64,000 nt of DNA from NCBI GenBank assembly GCA_045221335.1, contig JBGUWS010000019.1:9822-73821 (forward strand). Reading direction: 5' to 3'. The stretch is from Alphaproteobacteria bacterium. Its GTDB lineage: Bacteria > Pseudomonadota > Alphaproteobacteria > RF32 > CAG-239. The position numbers were made by a program, and so were the translations under genes. The stretch's first letter is position 1. Each line of letters starts with the position of its first letter. The notes under the pieces are model-generated. The model was not told where the DNA came from. It did no database searches and was given only the letters and a program-made list of their open reading frames with translations. Shown in pieces: positions 39,153 through 48,928 of this stretch.

Positions 39153-39571
39153 AATGTTTTGAGTTCAACCACCGTTTTTTCATCATAAGAAGCGTTATTT
39201 TGATTCATAAAAGGAGCATAAATCAATAAATTAGCGACATCGCCAGATATTTTTTTAGTTGAATGGTTGTTAAGAAAATCTATCCATTCTTTTCCATATA
39301 AAGAGCTCGCAGACTTAAATTTTAAATTACATATTCTTCTCAAAAGATCAGACATCTGAACAGCTGCCACAACAGGAAAACTTGTGTTGATTTTTTTTAA
39401 TTGACTTAAAGCATAGTATTTCTTGCTTGTTCTTGTTATCCATAAAAAAAGCTTAAAAAACAAAAAAGAAAAAATTATAATCGCTAGAACAATCCACCAC
39501 CCATAAGCTAGAGGCAAAAAAGACACACTATCAGGTACGTAGATATCTCTTATTTCTGGTAAATTATTCAT
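39122..39571 (-). CDS. small single-pass membrane protein, DUF4381-like, first gene of the Bat-like cluster
   Basis: 149 aa with one TM (WWIVLAIIIFSFLFFKLFLWI). Its position and size match the DUF4381 gene that precedes batA in Bat operons. Confidence 0.4.
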   Translation of the reverse strand: MNNLPEIRDIYVPDSVSFLPLAYGWWIVLAIIIFSFLFFKLFLWITRTSKKYYALSQLKKINTSFPVVAAVQMSDLLRRICNLKFKSASSLYGKEWIDFLNNHSTKKISGDVANLLIYAPFMNQNNASYDEKTVVELKTFCHHWIGANL

Positions 39572-39631
39572 TTTTTCATCTTATTCCTAAACAACACCTA
39601 ACTATAAATCTATGTTAAAAAGTTTCAAATA

Positions 39632-40120
39632 TCAAGACAGAGAATTAAGATATTGTTCAATTATGGGACAAAAGCGTTCAGCTAAGGCCTTATAGATGTC
39701 CTTTTTAAAATCGACAACATTGCTAACAGCGAAATCAAAAGAACACCAACAATAAGTCTTAAACTCTGGAAAGAGTTTGTTGATATTTATTTCATCTAAA
39801 GATCCAAAAAAATAGAACAAAGCAAAATAAATATCCTGTCCATCATTAAAAATACCACGCTGCCGTAACTTAACCTTTACTGAAGAAGGAAATTCGTACC
39901 TTGAGGGTTTTTTATCAATACAAACAAAATGAACAGACCTTATATTTGTTTCTTCAAAAAGCTCTCGTTGAGCAGCCTGCTCCGGTTTTTCTCCTTTTTC
40001 AATGCCGCCCTGGGGAAACTGCCAAGCATCATTTTCAGAATCAATTCGACTTCCAAGAAGAACTTTTCCCTCCTTATCAAATACAACGGCTCCCGCACAA
40101 GGTCTAAATTTTTTTGTCAT
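39632..40120 (-). CDS. rppH: RNA pyrophosphohydrolase (NUDIX)
   Basis: It has the Nudix box GGIEKGEKPEQAAQRELFEETNI and the N-terminal RPCAGAVVF motif. It is adjacent to ctpA, as in alphaproteobacteria. Confidence 0.85.
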   Translation of the reverse strand: MTKKFRPCAGAVVFDKEGKVLLGSRIDSENDAWQFPQGGIEKGEKPEQAAQRELFEETNIRSVHFVCIDKKPSRYEFPSSVKVKLRQRGIFNDGQDIYFALFYFFGSLDEININKLFPEFKTYCWCSFDFAVSNVVDFKKDIYKALAERFCPIIEQYLNSLS

Positions 40121-40128
40121 AGGAATTT

Positions 40129-41424
40129 CTAACGATCCAATTTAGAATAAAGAGCCAACGCTTTAACTAGATCCAAAGCGCGTATAAGCTGGTAATCTGC
40201 AAGATCTTCTTGGTTTTTTGTTTTTTTCTTTTCTGACTTTTCTTCAGTGCTATCATTTTTTAGAGCATTATTCAATTCCGCCTCACTTATGTTTAAGGCA
40301 TAAGATTCCAACTCTTCTACTTTTGCTGGTTTGACCTCTATATCTGGTTCAATACCTTTAGCTTGAATAGATCGTCCGGATGGGGTGTAATAACGCGCAG
40401 TAGTTATACGCATGGCGCCATAATCTCTCAAAGGAATAACGGTCTGAACAGAACCTTTACCAAAGGATTTTTCTCCCAAAACAATGGCGCGATGATGATC
40501 TTGCAAAGCTCCCGCCAAAATCTCAGAAGCGGAAGCAGAGCCCTCGTTAATCATAACAACAATAGGCAAATCCTTAGCAATATCCCCCTCATTTGCCATA
40601 AATTTAACAGTATCAGCCTCGTTACGAGAACGGGTTGAAACAATCTCGCCCTGCTCTAAAAATAAATCAGAAACAGATACAGCTTGATCTAAAAGTCCCC
40701 CGGGGTTATTTCTAACGTCAATAACAATACCCAGCAGTTTATTATTCAATTGTTTTTTTGCTTTGTTGACGGCATCTGTTATTGCTTTATCAATATCTTC
40801 GGTAAAAGATGAAATTCTGATATAACAAATAGAATCATCTTTTATTTCACTTTTGACAGACTGAATTTTGATTTCTTGTCGTCTGATAGTTAACTCAATA
40901 GGCTTTGAGTTAACACGCCGAATAGACAGCTTAACTTTTGTTCCAATTTTACCTCTAAGCTTGCTAACAGCTTCATTCAAGGTTAGACCCAAAACAGTTT
41001 CATCATCTATATTTGTAATATAGTCTCCCGCTTTAATGCCTGCCTTAGCCGCAGGGGTGTCATCTATTGGAGAAACAACTTTAACTAACCCGTTTTCCAT
41101 TGTAACTTCGATTCCCAAACCGCCAAATTTGCCTTTTGTTTGTTCGCTCATATAATTAAAACTTTCCGCATCCAAATAACCAGAATGAGGATCTAAAGAC
41201 GATAACATGCCGTTAATAGCTGATTCTATGAGTTTTTTATCAGTAACTTCTTCAACATAGGACATTTTAGTTCTTTCCATTACCTCACCAAAGAGATTTA
41301 AAAGCTCGTAAGTGTTAGCCTCTTCTTCAACCTTTTTGGCCGCGTGAGCATTCATGGTGCTTAAAAACAAGCAGCTGAATAAAACAACAAACAATAATCT
41401 ACTTTTCATCTTAATTCCTATCAA
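40129..41424 (-). CDS. ctpA: carboxy-terminal processing protease (S41)
   Basis: It has a signal peptide, a PDZ domain, and the S41 catalytic region (GSASASEILAGALQDH...GKGSVQT). Confidence 0.9.
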   Translation of the reverse strand: MIGIKMKSRLLFVVLFSCLFLSTMNAHAAKKVEEEANTYELLNLFGEVMERTKMSYVEEVTDKKLIESAINGMLSSLDPHSGYLDAESFNYMSEQTKGKFGGLGIEVTMENGLVKVVSPIDDTPAAKAGIKAGDYITNIDDETVLGLTLNEAVSKLRGKIGTKVKLSIRRVNSKPIELTIRRQEIKIQSVKSEIKDDSICYIRISSFTEDIDKAITDAVNKAKKQLNNKLLGIVIDVRNNPGGLLDQAVSVSDLFLEQGEIVSTRSRNEADTVKFMANEGDIAKDLPIVVMINEGSASASEILAGALQDHHRAIVLGEKSFGKGSVQTVIPLRDYGAMRITTARYYTPSGRSIQAKGIEPDIEVKPAKVEELESYALNISEAELNNALKNDSTEEKSEKKKTKNQEDLADYQLIRALDLVKALALYSKLDR

Positions 41425-41430
41425 ATAAAT

Positions 41431-42702
41431 TTAACCAGCTATCCAAGGTGTTGGATTTATGGGGTGTCTGTCTTTTCTTATTTCCACATAAAGTTTTGAA
41501 TTATCTCCTTTAGGCATTGTTCCAACGGGCTCTCCCGCAAGTAATTTTTGCCCAACATCACAATCAATATTACCTAATCCGGCTAATAAAGACAAATAAC
41601 CACCACCATGTTCTACAATAATAATATTACCATATCCTTTAAATGGACCAGAAAAAATAACGGTTCCATCAAAAAGAGCTGTAACTTGAGCTTGCGAACG
41701 GGTCCTATATACAATTCCCTTTGAGGTTACACCTTTAGATATAAGTTGCCCGTATTCTGTTACTTTAACACCACTTACCGGCTTTTGTAAGCGTCCCTTT
41801 GCCTGTGCAAAATTACCGCCACTCATTTGTTTTTTTATCGAAACGTGTGTTTGTGAATTTACGGTATGTGCTGCATTAGATTGTTGCTTTTGAGATTGCG
41901 CTTGTGCTTGTGCCTGAGCCTGCTGTCTCCTCAAAGCTTCTTGTCTTTCTGCTTCTTCTCTCTTTTTTCTGGCAATCTCTTTTTGTCTTTCAATTTCATC
42001 AAGCAAATCACGCAAGTTCTTAGCCTTTGATGCCAAATTTTCAGCAATTTTCTGTGTTTCTGCGCCTTTTGTTTCAACTTCTTTTCGTAGAGAGGTTTTC
42101 TTTGTCATAAGTTGACGCATTTCATTTTGTTGTTTTTCTAAAATAACTTTTTGTTTCTTTGCCTCTTCAAAAGTTGTTTCGATTTTATGTTTTTGTTCAT
42201 AAAAAGCATCCAGATCGGCTTTTAGTTTTGCAGATCTTTTGTTAAGAAAAGGAATAGTCTCCCTAAGTAGTATGGCGCTACGTATGATATCAATAGGAGA
42301 TAAAGGTTGCAAAATTACAGATTCGGATGGATTTAAAGACATACTTTGCAAAGAAGCTAATGTTTGCACAAGAAAGTTATTTTCCTTAACAAAATCAGCT
42401 TCTTTTGTTTTCAAACTTTCTTTCAAATCAGATAATTTTTCTTCAAGAAGGGACAAATTTTTCTCATTATCTTGAATCTTTTTAGCTAAAGTAATGACGG
42501 TTTTATCTATTTTTGATAGCTCCAGATTGAGTTGAATCGCTTGTGCTTGTAGTTTTTTTGATTCGAGAGTTTTTTGTTTTGCTTCTGCTTCTAATTTTTT
42601 TACATCTTTTTCAGATACATCCTTAGCATAGCACAAAGTACTCCTTAAACAGTTTGTGCCAATACAAATAAGAACAATGCTAAAAAATAATATCTTTTTC
42701 AT
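41431..42702 (-). CDS. M23 peptidase-domain murein hydrolase activator (EnvC/NlpD-like) with a long coiled coil
   Basis: It has a signal peptide, roughly 250 aa of coiled coil with a QAQAQAQ run, and a C-terminal LytM/M23 domain (GYGNIIIVEHGGGYLSLLAG). Confidence 0.85.
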   Translation of the reverse strand: MKKILFFSIVLICIGTNCLRSTLCYAKDVSEKDVKKLEAEAKQKTLESKKLQAQAIQLNLELSKIDKTVITLAKKIQDNEKNLSLLEEKLSDLKESLKTKEADFVKENNFLVQTLASLQSMSLNPSESVILQPLSPIDIIRSAILLRETIPFLNKRSAKLKADLDAFYEQKHKIETTFEEAKKQKVILEKQQNEMRQLMTKKTSLRKEVETKGAETQKIAENLASKAKNLRDLLDEIERQKEIARKKREEAERQEALRRQQAQAQAQAQSQKQQSNAAHTVNSQTHVSIKKQMSGGNFAQAKGRLQKPVSGVKVTEYGQLISKGVTSKGIVYRTRSQAQVTALFDGTVIFSGPFKGYGNIIIVEHGGGYLSLLAGLGNIDCDVGQKLLAGEPVGTMPKGDNSKLYVEIRKDRHPINPTPWIAG

Positions 42703-42709
42703 CTGTATC

Positions 42710-44239
42710 CTATCTTACAATTAAAGAATGCCCGGTCATTTCTGCAGGTTTTTCTATATTCATTAAGTCCAATAGTGTTGGAGCAATATCGGCAAGACGC
42801 CCGTCTTTTAAATATGAAACTTTTTCTTTGCTGTTATAAAGAACAGCTTGAACCTTACCAACAGTATGAGCTGTATAAGGCTCTCCTGTTTTGTCATCAA
42901 TCATTTTTTCAACATTTCCGTGGTCCGCCGTTACTAGGAGTACTCCTCCCGCCTCATTTATTGCGTTCATAACCCGACCCAAGCATTCATCTACACAAGC
43001 CACAGCTTTTAATGCAGCTTCCATAATGCCTGTATGTCCAACCATGTCTCCATTTGCGAAATTGCAAATAATAACATCATATTGCTGTTTTTTTATAGCT
43101 TCCACCAAAGAATCCGTAACCTCAAAAACACTCATTTCAGGTTTTAAATCATAAGTCGCAACTTTAGGGCTGTTAATAAGGATTCGCTTTTCTCCCTTAA
43201 ATTCTTTTTCTTCACCACCATTGAAGAAAAAGGTTACGTGAGCATATTTTTCTGTTTCCGCAATTCTTAATTGGGTTAAACCATGCTGAGCCACAACCTC
43301 TCCAAAAATATTCTTGAGCATTTCTGGTGCAAAAATAGTCTTCATAAAACGATTATGATCCACAGAATATTCAACCATTCCGACTAAATCAGAAAAATGA
43401 ACTATTTTTTTCCTATCAAACCCCTCAAAAGTTTTATCTCCAAGAGCATAAAGTATTTCTCTTGCACGATCTGCTCTGAAGTTTATCATGAGAATGCAAT
43501 CTCCGTCTTTCGCTCCCTGATAATTACCAATAACGGCAGGAACAACAAACTCATCATTAATTTCGTTTTTATAGGAATCTATAATTGCTTCTTCTGCAGA
43601 AGAATATCGACAGCCATCTGCCAAAACAATATTATTATATGCTTTTTCTACTCTATCCCAGCGCTTGTCTCTATCCATTGCATAAAATCTACCAGAAATA
43701 GTGGCAATCTGAACGTTTTTAAGATCCTTAGTGTTTTCTTCAAAAGAGCAAATAAAATCTTTTGCAGATTGAGGAGGGGTGTCTCTTCCATCCAAAAAGG
43801 CATGAACATTAACCCTTATGTTGTTTTTTCCCAATATACGACACATTGCCTCAATATGATTTTGATGAGAATGAACACCACCTGGAGACATTAAGCCCAT
43901 TAAATGACAACACCCGTTTGTTTTTTTTAACCTCTTTATCATATCAATCAAAATTGGATTCGTTTCAAGCGTCCCATTCTTTATTGCAAGATCTATCTTT
44001 GGTAAATCCTGCATAACAACACGGCCAGCTCCCAAATTTGTATGCCCAACCTCCGAATTTCCCATTTGTCCGTCGGGCAAACCTACATCATATCCAGACG
44101 TTTCAACGAAACAATGTGGATAATTTTTTAATAAATAGTGCCAATTTGGTGTTTTACCTTGCTCAATGGCATTATCTGGTGTTAATTCTTTTCTATATCC
44201 CCAACCGTCCAAAATAAGTAACATGACAGGTTTTTGCAT
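42710..44239 (-). CDS. gpmI: 2,3-bisphosphoglycerate-independent phosphoglycerate mutase
   Basis: MQKPVMLLILDGWG, SEVGHTNLGAGR and the C-terminal metal-binding motifs. The start is placed at the ATG after a GGAG; the ORF-track start at 44314 adds 25 unsupported residues. Confidence 0.9.
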   Translation of the reverse strand: MQKPVMLLILDGWGYRKELTPDNAIEQGKTPNWHYLLKNYPHCFVETSGYDVGLPDGQMGNSEVGHTNLGAGRVVMQDLPKIDLAIKNGTLETNPILIDMIKRLKKTNGCCHLMGLMSPGGVHSHQNHIEAMCRILGKNNIRVNVHAFLDGRDTPPQSAKDFICSFEENTKDLKNVQIATISGRFYAMDRDKRWDRVEKAYNNIVLADGCRYSSAEEAIIDSYKNEINDEFVVPAVIGNYQGAKDGDCILMINFRADRAREILYALGDKTFEGFDRKKIVHFSDLVGMVEYSVDHNRFMKTIFAPEMLKNIFGEVVAQHGLTQLRIAETEKYAHVTFFFNGGEEKEFKGEKRILINSPKVATYDLKPEMSVFEVTDSLVEAIKKQQYDVIICNFANGDMVGHTGIMEAALKAVACVDECLGRVMNAINEAGGVLLVTADHGNVEKMIDDKTGEPYTAHTVGKVQAVLYNSKEKVSYLKDGRLADIAPTLLDLMNIEKPAEMTGHSLIVR

Positions 44240-44405
44240 TATTTTACTCCATTTCTTGTGCATGATGTAACAAATATAGATAAACATATATGAAAAAGCA
44301 TTATAATTATCCATATTTTTTTAGGTTATAAACAATATAAGTCTTGAGAAGACAAAAAGATAGTTTTATATTAAAACGGAAGTATAAGTTTTTTAGGAAA
44401 AGACG

Positions 44406-45506
44406 ATGAGAGTATCAACAATAGTTATAGGTATGATTTTATTACCAAATATAGTTATGGGCGGAGAAATACAAACAGATATGGACGCCTCTTTGAATAA
44501 TTTTTACGGATATACGGATTATAGTAAACCATACAACAAACTGTACAAACAAAACAATTTAAATTCATCTCTCAATGTTTTTGGGAGACTGTCTTATCTA
44601 CATAATCAAGATTATACAACATCCTTGATTGGATATTTTATGATAGATTCGGCAAAAGAAGTAGAAAATTATAATCAGGGAATATGGGGAGAAGAAATAT
44701 ATGCCCTAATAGAAACCCCGTACGGAGACATGTCCTTTGGACAGGATATGAATGTAGCATATAATTTTGCTGTTGGCGCACCGAATGTTGGAAGTACCCA
44801 TATTAATAATACAGAGTTGGTTAATTTTATAACTAATCCAAATTGGTATAAAAAAGGTCACAAAACTGCATATAAAACATTGAACTCAACATACATAAAC
44901 ACAGACGGAGCATCCTTAAAGGCAAATTATGTTACTCCTGAGTTTGCTGGCATAAAGTTAGGAGCAAGCTACATTCCGGAAGTATACAGTCAATCAGGTC
45001 TTGTTGCAAAAAGAGCTGCATACAAGGATAAAGGCGGATATGTCTTGGGCGCATATGGAGCATGGAACCTTTTAAATTATGAAATAGAAACATCTTTAGG
45101 TTTTGCTGACTATGACAAAAACTGTGAAGATTATTCTGCGGGGATTAGCGTATATCGTAAAGGTTGGACCGTTGGTGGATCCTATAGAAAAACAGAAATA
45201 AACGGTAGTGATTATGCATTAAATAAAGAGATTTTATACGATTCGTATAGAGAAGGACGTGCGTATAATTTGGGCATAAGCTATTCTTTTGGTCCTTTTT
45301 CAACAGGAATTGCTTATTTTGATTCAAAAGCAAAAAGAACGAGAAATCAGGATAAAATCCTTAGTTGGTCAAATAGCTACCAATATAATAAATACGCCAC
45401 ATTTTCCTTCACTGTGGCCCGCTTAAAATCTATAGGCGAGAATAAAGAAATAGCGAAAAACAGCAAAGGAACGGCATTTATTTTGGGATTGGAGTTGTCT
45501 TTATGA
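44406..45506 (+). CDS. outer-membrane porin-like beta-barrel protein
   Basis: It has a signal peptide, is Tyr/Gly/Asn-rich with alternating beta strands, and is 366 aa, consistent with general porins of Rhizobiales. Confidence 0.55.
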   Translation: MRVSTIVIGMILLPNIVMGGEIQTDMDASLNNFYGYTDYSKPYNKLYKQNNLNSSLNVFGRLSYLHNQDYTTSLIGYFMIDSAKEVENYNQGIWGEEIYALIETPYGDMSFGQDMNVAYNFAVGAPNVGSTHINNTELVNFITNPNWYKKGHKTAYKTLNSTYINTDGASLKANYVTPEFAGIKLGASYIPEVYSQSGLVAKRAAYKDKGGYVLGAYGAWNLLNYEIETSLGFADYDKNCEDYSAGISVYRKGWTVGGSYRKTEINGSDYALNKEILYDSYREGRAYNLGISYSFGPFSTGIAYFDSKAKRTRNQDKILSWSNSYQYNKYATFSFTVARLKSIGENKEIAKNSKGTAFILGLELSL

Positions 45507-46123
45507 TAAACTATAATCTTTTCCCAGATGGTTCTGATTTCATGAACGACATATTTGGGCAAATAAAGAGACACATACCGGATTCTGCCGTGGAAATGGA
45601 AAAAGATTTTCACAACAACAAAACAAAGTATTTACTTGTTAATGAAGATGAGAACATTATAAAAGAAATAAAAAATAAATACCAAGATATTTTGGTGGTT
45701 TTGTTTTCCTCAACACAAACCACTTCAGAATATGCGGATATAATTATCAAAAAACCGTTCAAATTATCTTCATTCTTAGATTCGTTGAAAGAAGGTAAAT
45801 TGTTTCCCAAAGTTCGTCGCAAAGAATGTTTTTGTTTTGGGGAATATAGCCTTTACCCAATAAAAAAGGAAATATATTCATCTGAAACAGAAAAAACAAT
45901 CAAACTGACAGAAAGAGAAGTTGATATTATAAAGTATTTGTACCAGATAAATCCAAATTCCGCCACAAAAGAAGAGCTACTTGAAAAGGTTTGGAAATAT
46001 CACGCTGAAGCAACAACACATACAGTAGAAACACATATATATAGGCTACGGCAAAAGGTAGAAAAAAACGCAAAAAAACAATTAATTATTACAAGAAATA
46101 ATGGCTACAAACTAAATACATAA
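45503..46123 (+). CDS. OmpR/PhoB-type winged-helix DNA-binding protein with a truncated pseudo-receiver N-domain
   Basis: The C-terminus (LTEREVDIIKYL...THTVETHIYRLRQKVE...GYKL) is a trans_reg_C wHTH. The N-domain retains KPF but has no phospho-acceptor Asp and is too short for a full receiver. Its ATG overlaps the porin stop (ATGA). Confidence 0.6.
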   Translation: MINYNLFPDGSDFMNDIFGQIKRHIPDSAVEMEKDFHNNKTKYLLVNEDENIIKEIKNKYQDILVVLFSSTQTTSEYADIIIKKPFKLSSFLDSLKEGKLFPKVRRKECFCFGEYSLYPIKKEIYSSETEKTIKLTEREVDIIKYLYQINPNSATKEELLEKVWKYHAEATTHTVETHIYRLRQKVEKNAKKQLIITRNNGYKLNT

Positions 46124-46132
46124 TTTCATGAA

Positions 46133-47920
46133 CTATTCTGTTACATTATTTAAACTATGTAAATTCTTTTTAAGATTTTCATCTTTGATGGTGAGCTCAT
46201 TTATATTTTTTATGCCATTGTTTATCTTGTTTTTTACGTGCTTTTTATTTAGTTCTTCTTGTTCCTCTTTTTGAGACAAAGCTTGTTTCCAAAGGAAAAC
46301 TGCTTCATTTTTTCGGCCACCCAGCCAATAGGCGTCGCCAAGATGGTCGCTTATGATTGCGTTTTGAGGATTAAGTTCTGATGCTTTTTCCAAATAAATG
46401 ATAGCGTTTTTATAATCTCCCGTTTTGAAATAGGCCCATCCTAAACTATCTATGATGATGCCATCATTAGGATCTTTCTCATAAGCTTCTAAAATAAAAG
46501 AAATTGCCTTATCAACATTGGTTTCATTTTTTAGCCAGCTATATCCTAAATAATTCAAAACCTGAGGATCGCGGTTACTTAATTTCATAGCTTTTTGAAG
46601 ATTCTCCTCCGCCTTATCCCATTCATTATTTCTATCATAAGAAACAGCAAGAGCATAAAACACGGGCCAATGTTTTTCCGTTTCATAAAAAATGGAGTCG
46701 ATGGCTTTGTTATAGTATCTTATGGCATCCGGCTGATTGTCGCTTATCCTTAGCAAATCACCAAGATTAAATAACACTTGAAAATTATTTGGATTTTTCT
46801 TTAAGAGATTTTTTAAAACCTTTATAGCTTCATCATACTTTTTTTCTGTGGAAAGGTTGTTTGCTTTTTTCATTTGAGCAGGATAATACATTTCTGACAC
46901 AGGAGAAATAGAATCATAATATTCATTAGCCTCATCAAAAAGTAATCGTTCCTCAAAAATATCAGCCATCCCTAATTTTGTGACATCGTTATTTGGGTTA
47001 AAATATTGCGAAATTGCCATATATATTTGAGCATAATCATACCCTGCAGGAATAACCTTAAATAAAAGAGCAACCTCAAGAAAAACCTCTCCGGCTCCAA
47101 TATCCGGAGATGTTACAATGGGAGGGGTGCTTTTTTTACTGTTTTTAATTTTATCATTCAGGGCTGTGAGCATTTCTTTTATGCTACTGGAACTGTAATA
47201 TCTGGATACAATTGAAAGAGCCTTATCTTTCTGTCCTTGTCTAACCAAAAAATTGGATATAATTTGCAAAGCGCGAAAAGACATATCTGACGAGGAGTCT
47301 TCAATGATTTTTTCATAAAAACTATAAGCCTCGTCCGTTTTTCCAAAATATTCGGCAATCAATCCTCTATGCAAATTAAAAACCGTCCTCATTTCTGTTG
47401 TTTTAGATATTTTATCTAATTCAGTAATAGCAGAATGATAATTGTTTTCACCAACATAACTCCAAGCATTAAAAAGGGGAGATATTAGATTCTTATAAGT
47501 ATTTTCTGTAATATTGTTCAAGTTTTCCCGTGCTGTTTGATAGTCACCGTGCTTAAACAAAAATACAGTATTAAATATATCTATAAAACTGTTTGTATCA
47601 CCCTTTTCTCGAGCCTTTTTTGCATACTTGACAGCATCATCTATATTTCCCTGGGAGGCTAAAATAATGTAAGTCTTTCCTAAAATATCATCGCTTTCAA
47701 CACCTTGCTCCAGTGTTTTTACATAATACTTCGCCGCATTACTGTAATCTTGGCGGATAAGAGCAACTCTTCCAGCCAGGTAGTTACCATAAATGGATTC
47801 TGGTGCCGAAAAGGATAAAGAGGGAGATAGTCCCTTTTGAAAATTAATAAAGTTCCCTGTGCAGGAATTAAAAACCCCGATTCCGCACAACAAAGTCATT
47901 ATATAGCTTACTTTTAACAC
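46133..47920 (-). CDS. TPR-repeat protein with an N-terminal signal/lipoprotein-like peptide
   Basis: 595 aa with multiple TPR units (YYNKAIDS..., AYEKDPND..., LEKASELNPQNA...). The N-terminus is LLCGIGVFNSC. Confidence 0.7.
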   Translation of the reverse strand: MLKVSYIMTLLCGIGVFNSCTGNFINFQKGLSPSLSFSAPESIYGNYLAGRVALIRQDYSNAAKYYVKTLEQGVESDDILGKTYIILASQGNIDDAVKYAKKAREKGDTNSFIDIFNTVFLFKHGDYQTARENLNNITENTYKNLISPLFNAWSYVGENNYHSAITELDKISKTTEMRTVFNLHRGLIAEYFGKTDEAYSFYEKIIEDSSSDMSFRALQIISNFLVRQGQKDKALSIVSRYYSSSSIKEMLTALNDKIKNSKKSTPPIVTSPDIGAGEVFLEVALLFKVIPAGYDYAQIYMAISQYFNPNNDVTKLGMADIFEERLLFDEANEYYDSISPVSEMYYPAQMKKANNLSTEKKYDEAIKVLKNLLKKNPNNFQVLFNLGDLLRISDNQPDAIRYYNKAIDSIFYETEKHWPVFYALAVSYDRNNEWDKAEENLQKAMKLSNRDPQVLNYLGYSWLKNETNVDKAISFILEAYEKDPNDGIIIDSLGWAYFKTGDYKNAIIYLEKASELNPQNAIISDHLGDAYWLGGRKNEAVFLWKQALSQKEEQEELNKKHVKNKINNGIKNINELTIKDENLKKNLHSLNNVTE

Positions 47921-48030
47921 AATTAAATTCCTACAGTTATTGATGTATTATATAATTTTTTACTTAACTTTAAACTAAATTTATTATATTTTTGTAAATA
48001 ATTACTTTATATTTCCATAAAAAGTATAAC

Positions 48031-48840
48031 ATGTATAAACGGATAGTAATGGATAAACAAATTAACATACAAGAAGCTCTTGATTGGTATATATGGGCGG
48101 GTGTAACAGAAACCTGCGCCGAGAAAGGTGGTGTTTTAAAAGAAGATACCAAAGAAAATATGACCAATCAGGTTAAAGCTGTTACAAAAAAGAATGTACA
48201 ATCTTCTTTACCACAGTCCTTATCTGGTATCTTAAAAAATGCTAAAGATGCTTGTGCAAAAGCTTCTTCCTTACAAGAGTTAGAATCCGTACTAAAAAAT
48301 TTTGAAGGTTGTAATCTCAAAAAAACAGCAGCTTCGACAGTTTTTGGGGAAGGGGACCCAAAAACAAAAATAATGCTAATTGGCGAGGCTCCTGGAGCAG
48401 ATGAAGACAGACAAGGCAGACCTTTTGTTGGTAGATGCGGTAAACTATTAGATAAGATGTTGGCAGCAATAGGGTTGCAAAGAAGTGAATGCTATATTAC
48501 AAACATCCTGCCTTGGCGTCCACCGGGGAACAGAACTCCAACGGATGACGAAATAGCGGTTTGTCTTCCCTTCTTAAAAAAACAAATTGAGTTAATTAAA
48601 CCGGACATTCTTCTTTTATTAGGGGGAATAGCTCTGAAATCTGTTATGGACTGTAATGACAGCATTTCAAAAACAAGAGGGAAGTGGTTACAGTACGTTT
48701 TATCTGAAGATCAAAAAATAGATGTCTTAGCCACATACCATCCTTCATATCTATTAAGAAGTTCCGCTCAAAAAGCTAAGGTTTGGACTGATTTGTTAAG
48801 AATAAAAAGTAAAATTAAACAAACAGAAGATAATCAATAA
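48031..48840 (+). CDS. uracil-DNA glycosylase, family 4
   Basis: It has the family-4 UDG motifs GEAPGADEDRQGRPFVGRCG and HPSYLLR. It has a roughly 100-aa N-terminal extension. Confidence 0.8.
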   Translation: MYKRIVMDKQINIQEALDWYIWAGVTETCAEKGGVLKEDTKENMTNQVKAVTKKNVQSSLPQSLSGILKNAKDACAKASSLQELESVLKNFEGCNLKKTAASTVFGEGDPKTKIMLIGEAPGADEDRQGRPFVGRCGKLLDKMLAAIGLQRSECYITNILPWRPPGNRTPTDDEIAVCLPFLKKQIELIKPDILLLLGGIALKSVMDCNDSISKTRGKWLQYVLSEDQKIDVLATYHPSYLLRSSAQKAKVWTDLLRIKSKIKQTEDNQ

Positions 48841-48928
48841 TTATTTTACTTTTATCTCCGGCAATTAATAAAAATTAAACTATCTTTATTTATCATAACC
48901 CCATATAAACAAACACATGAGGTTTAAA

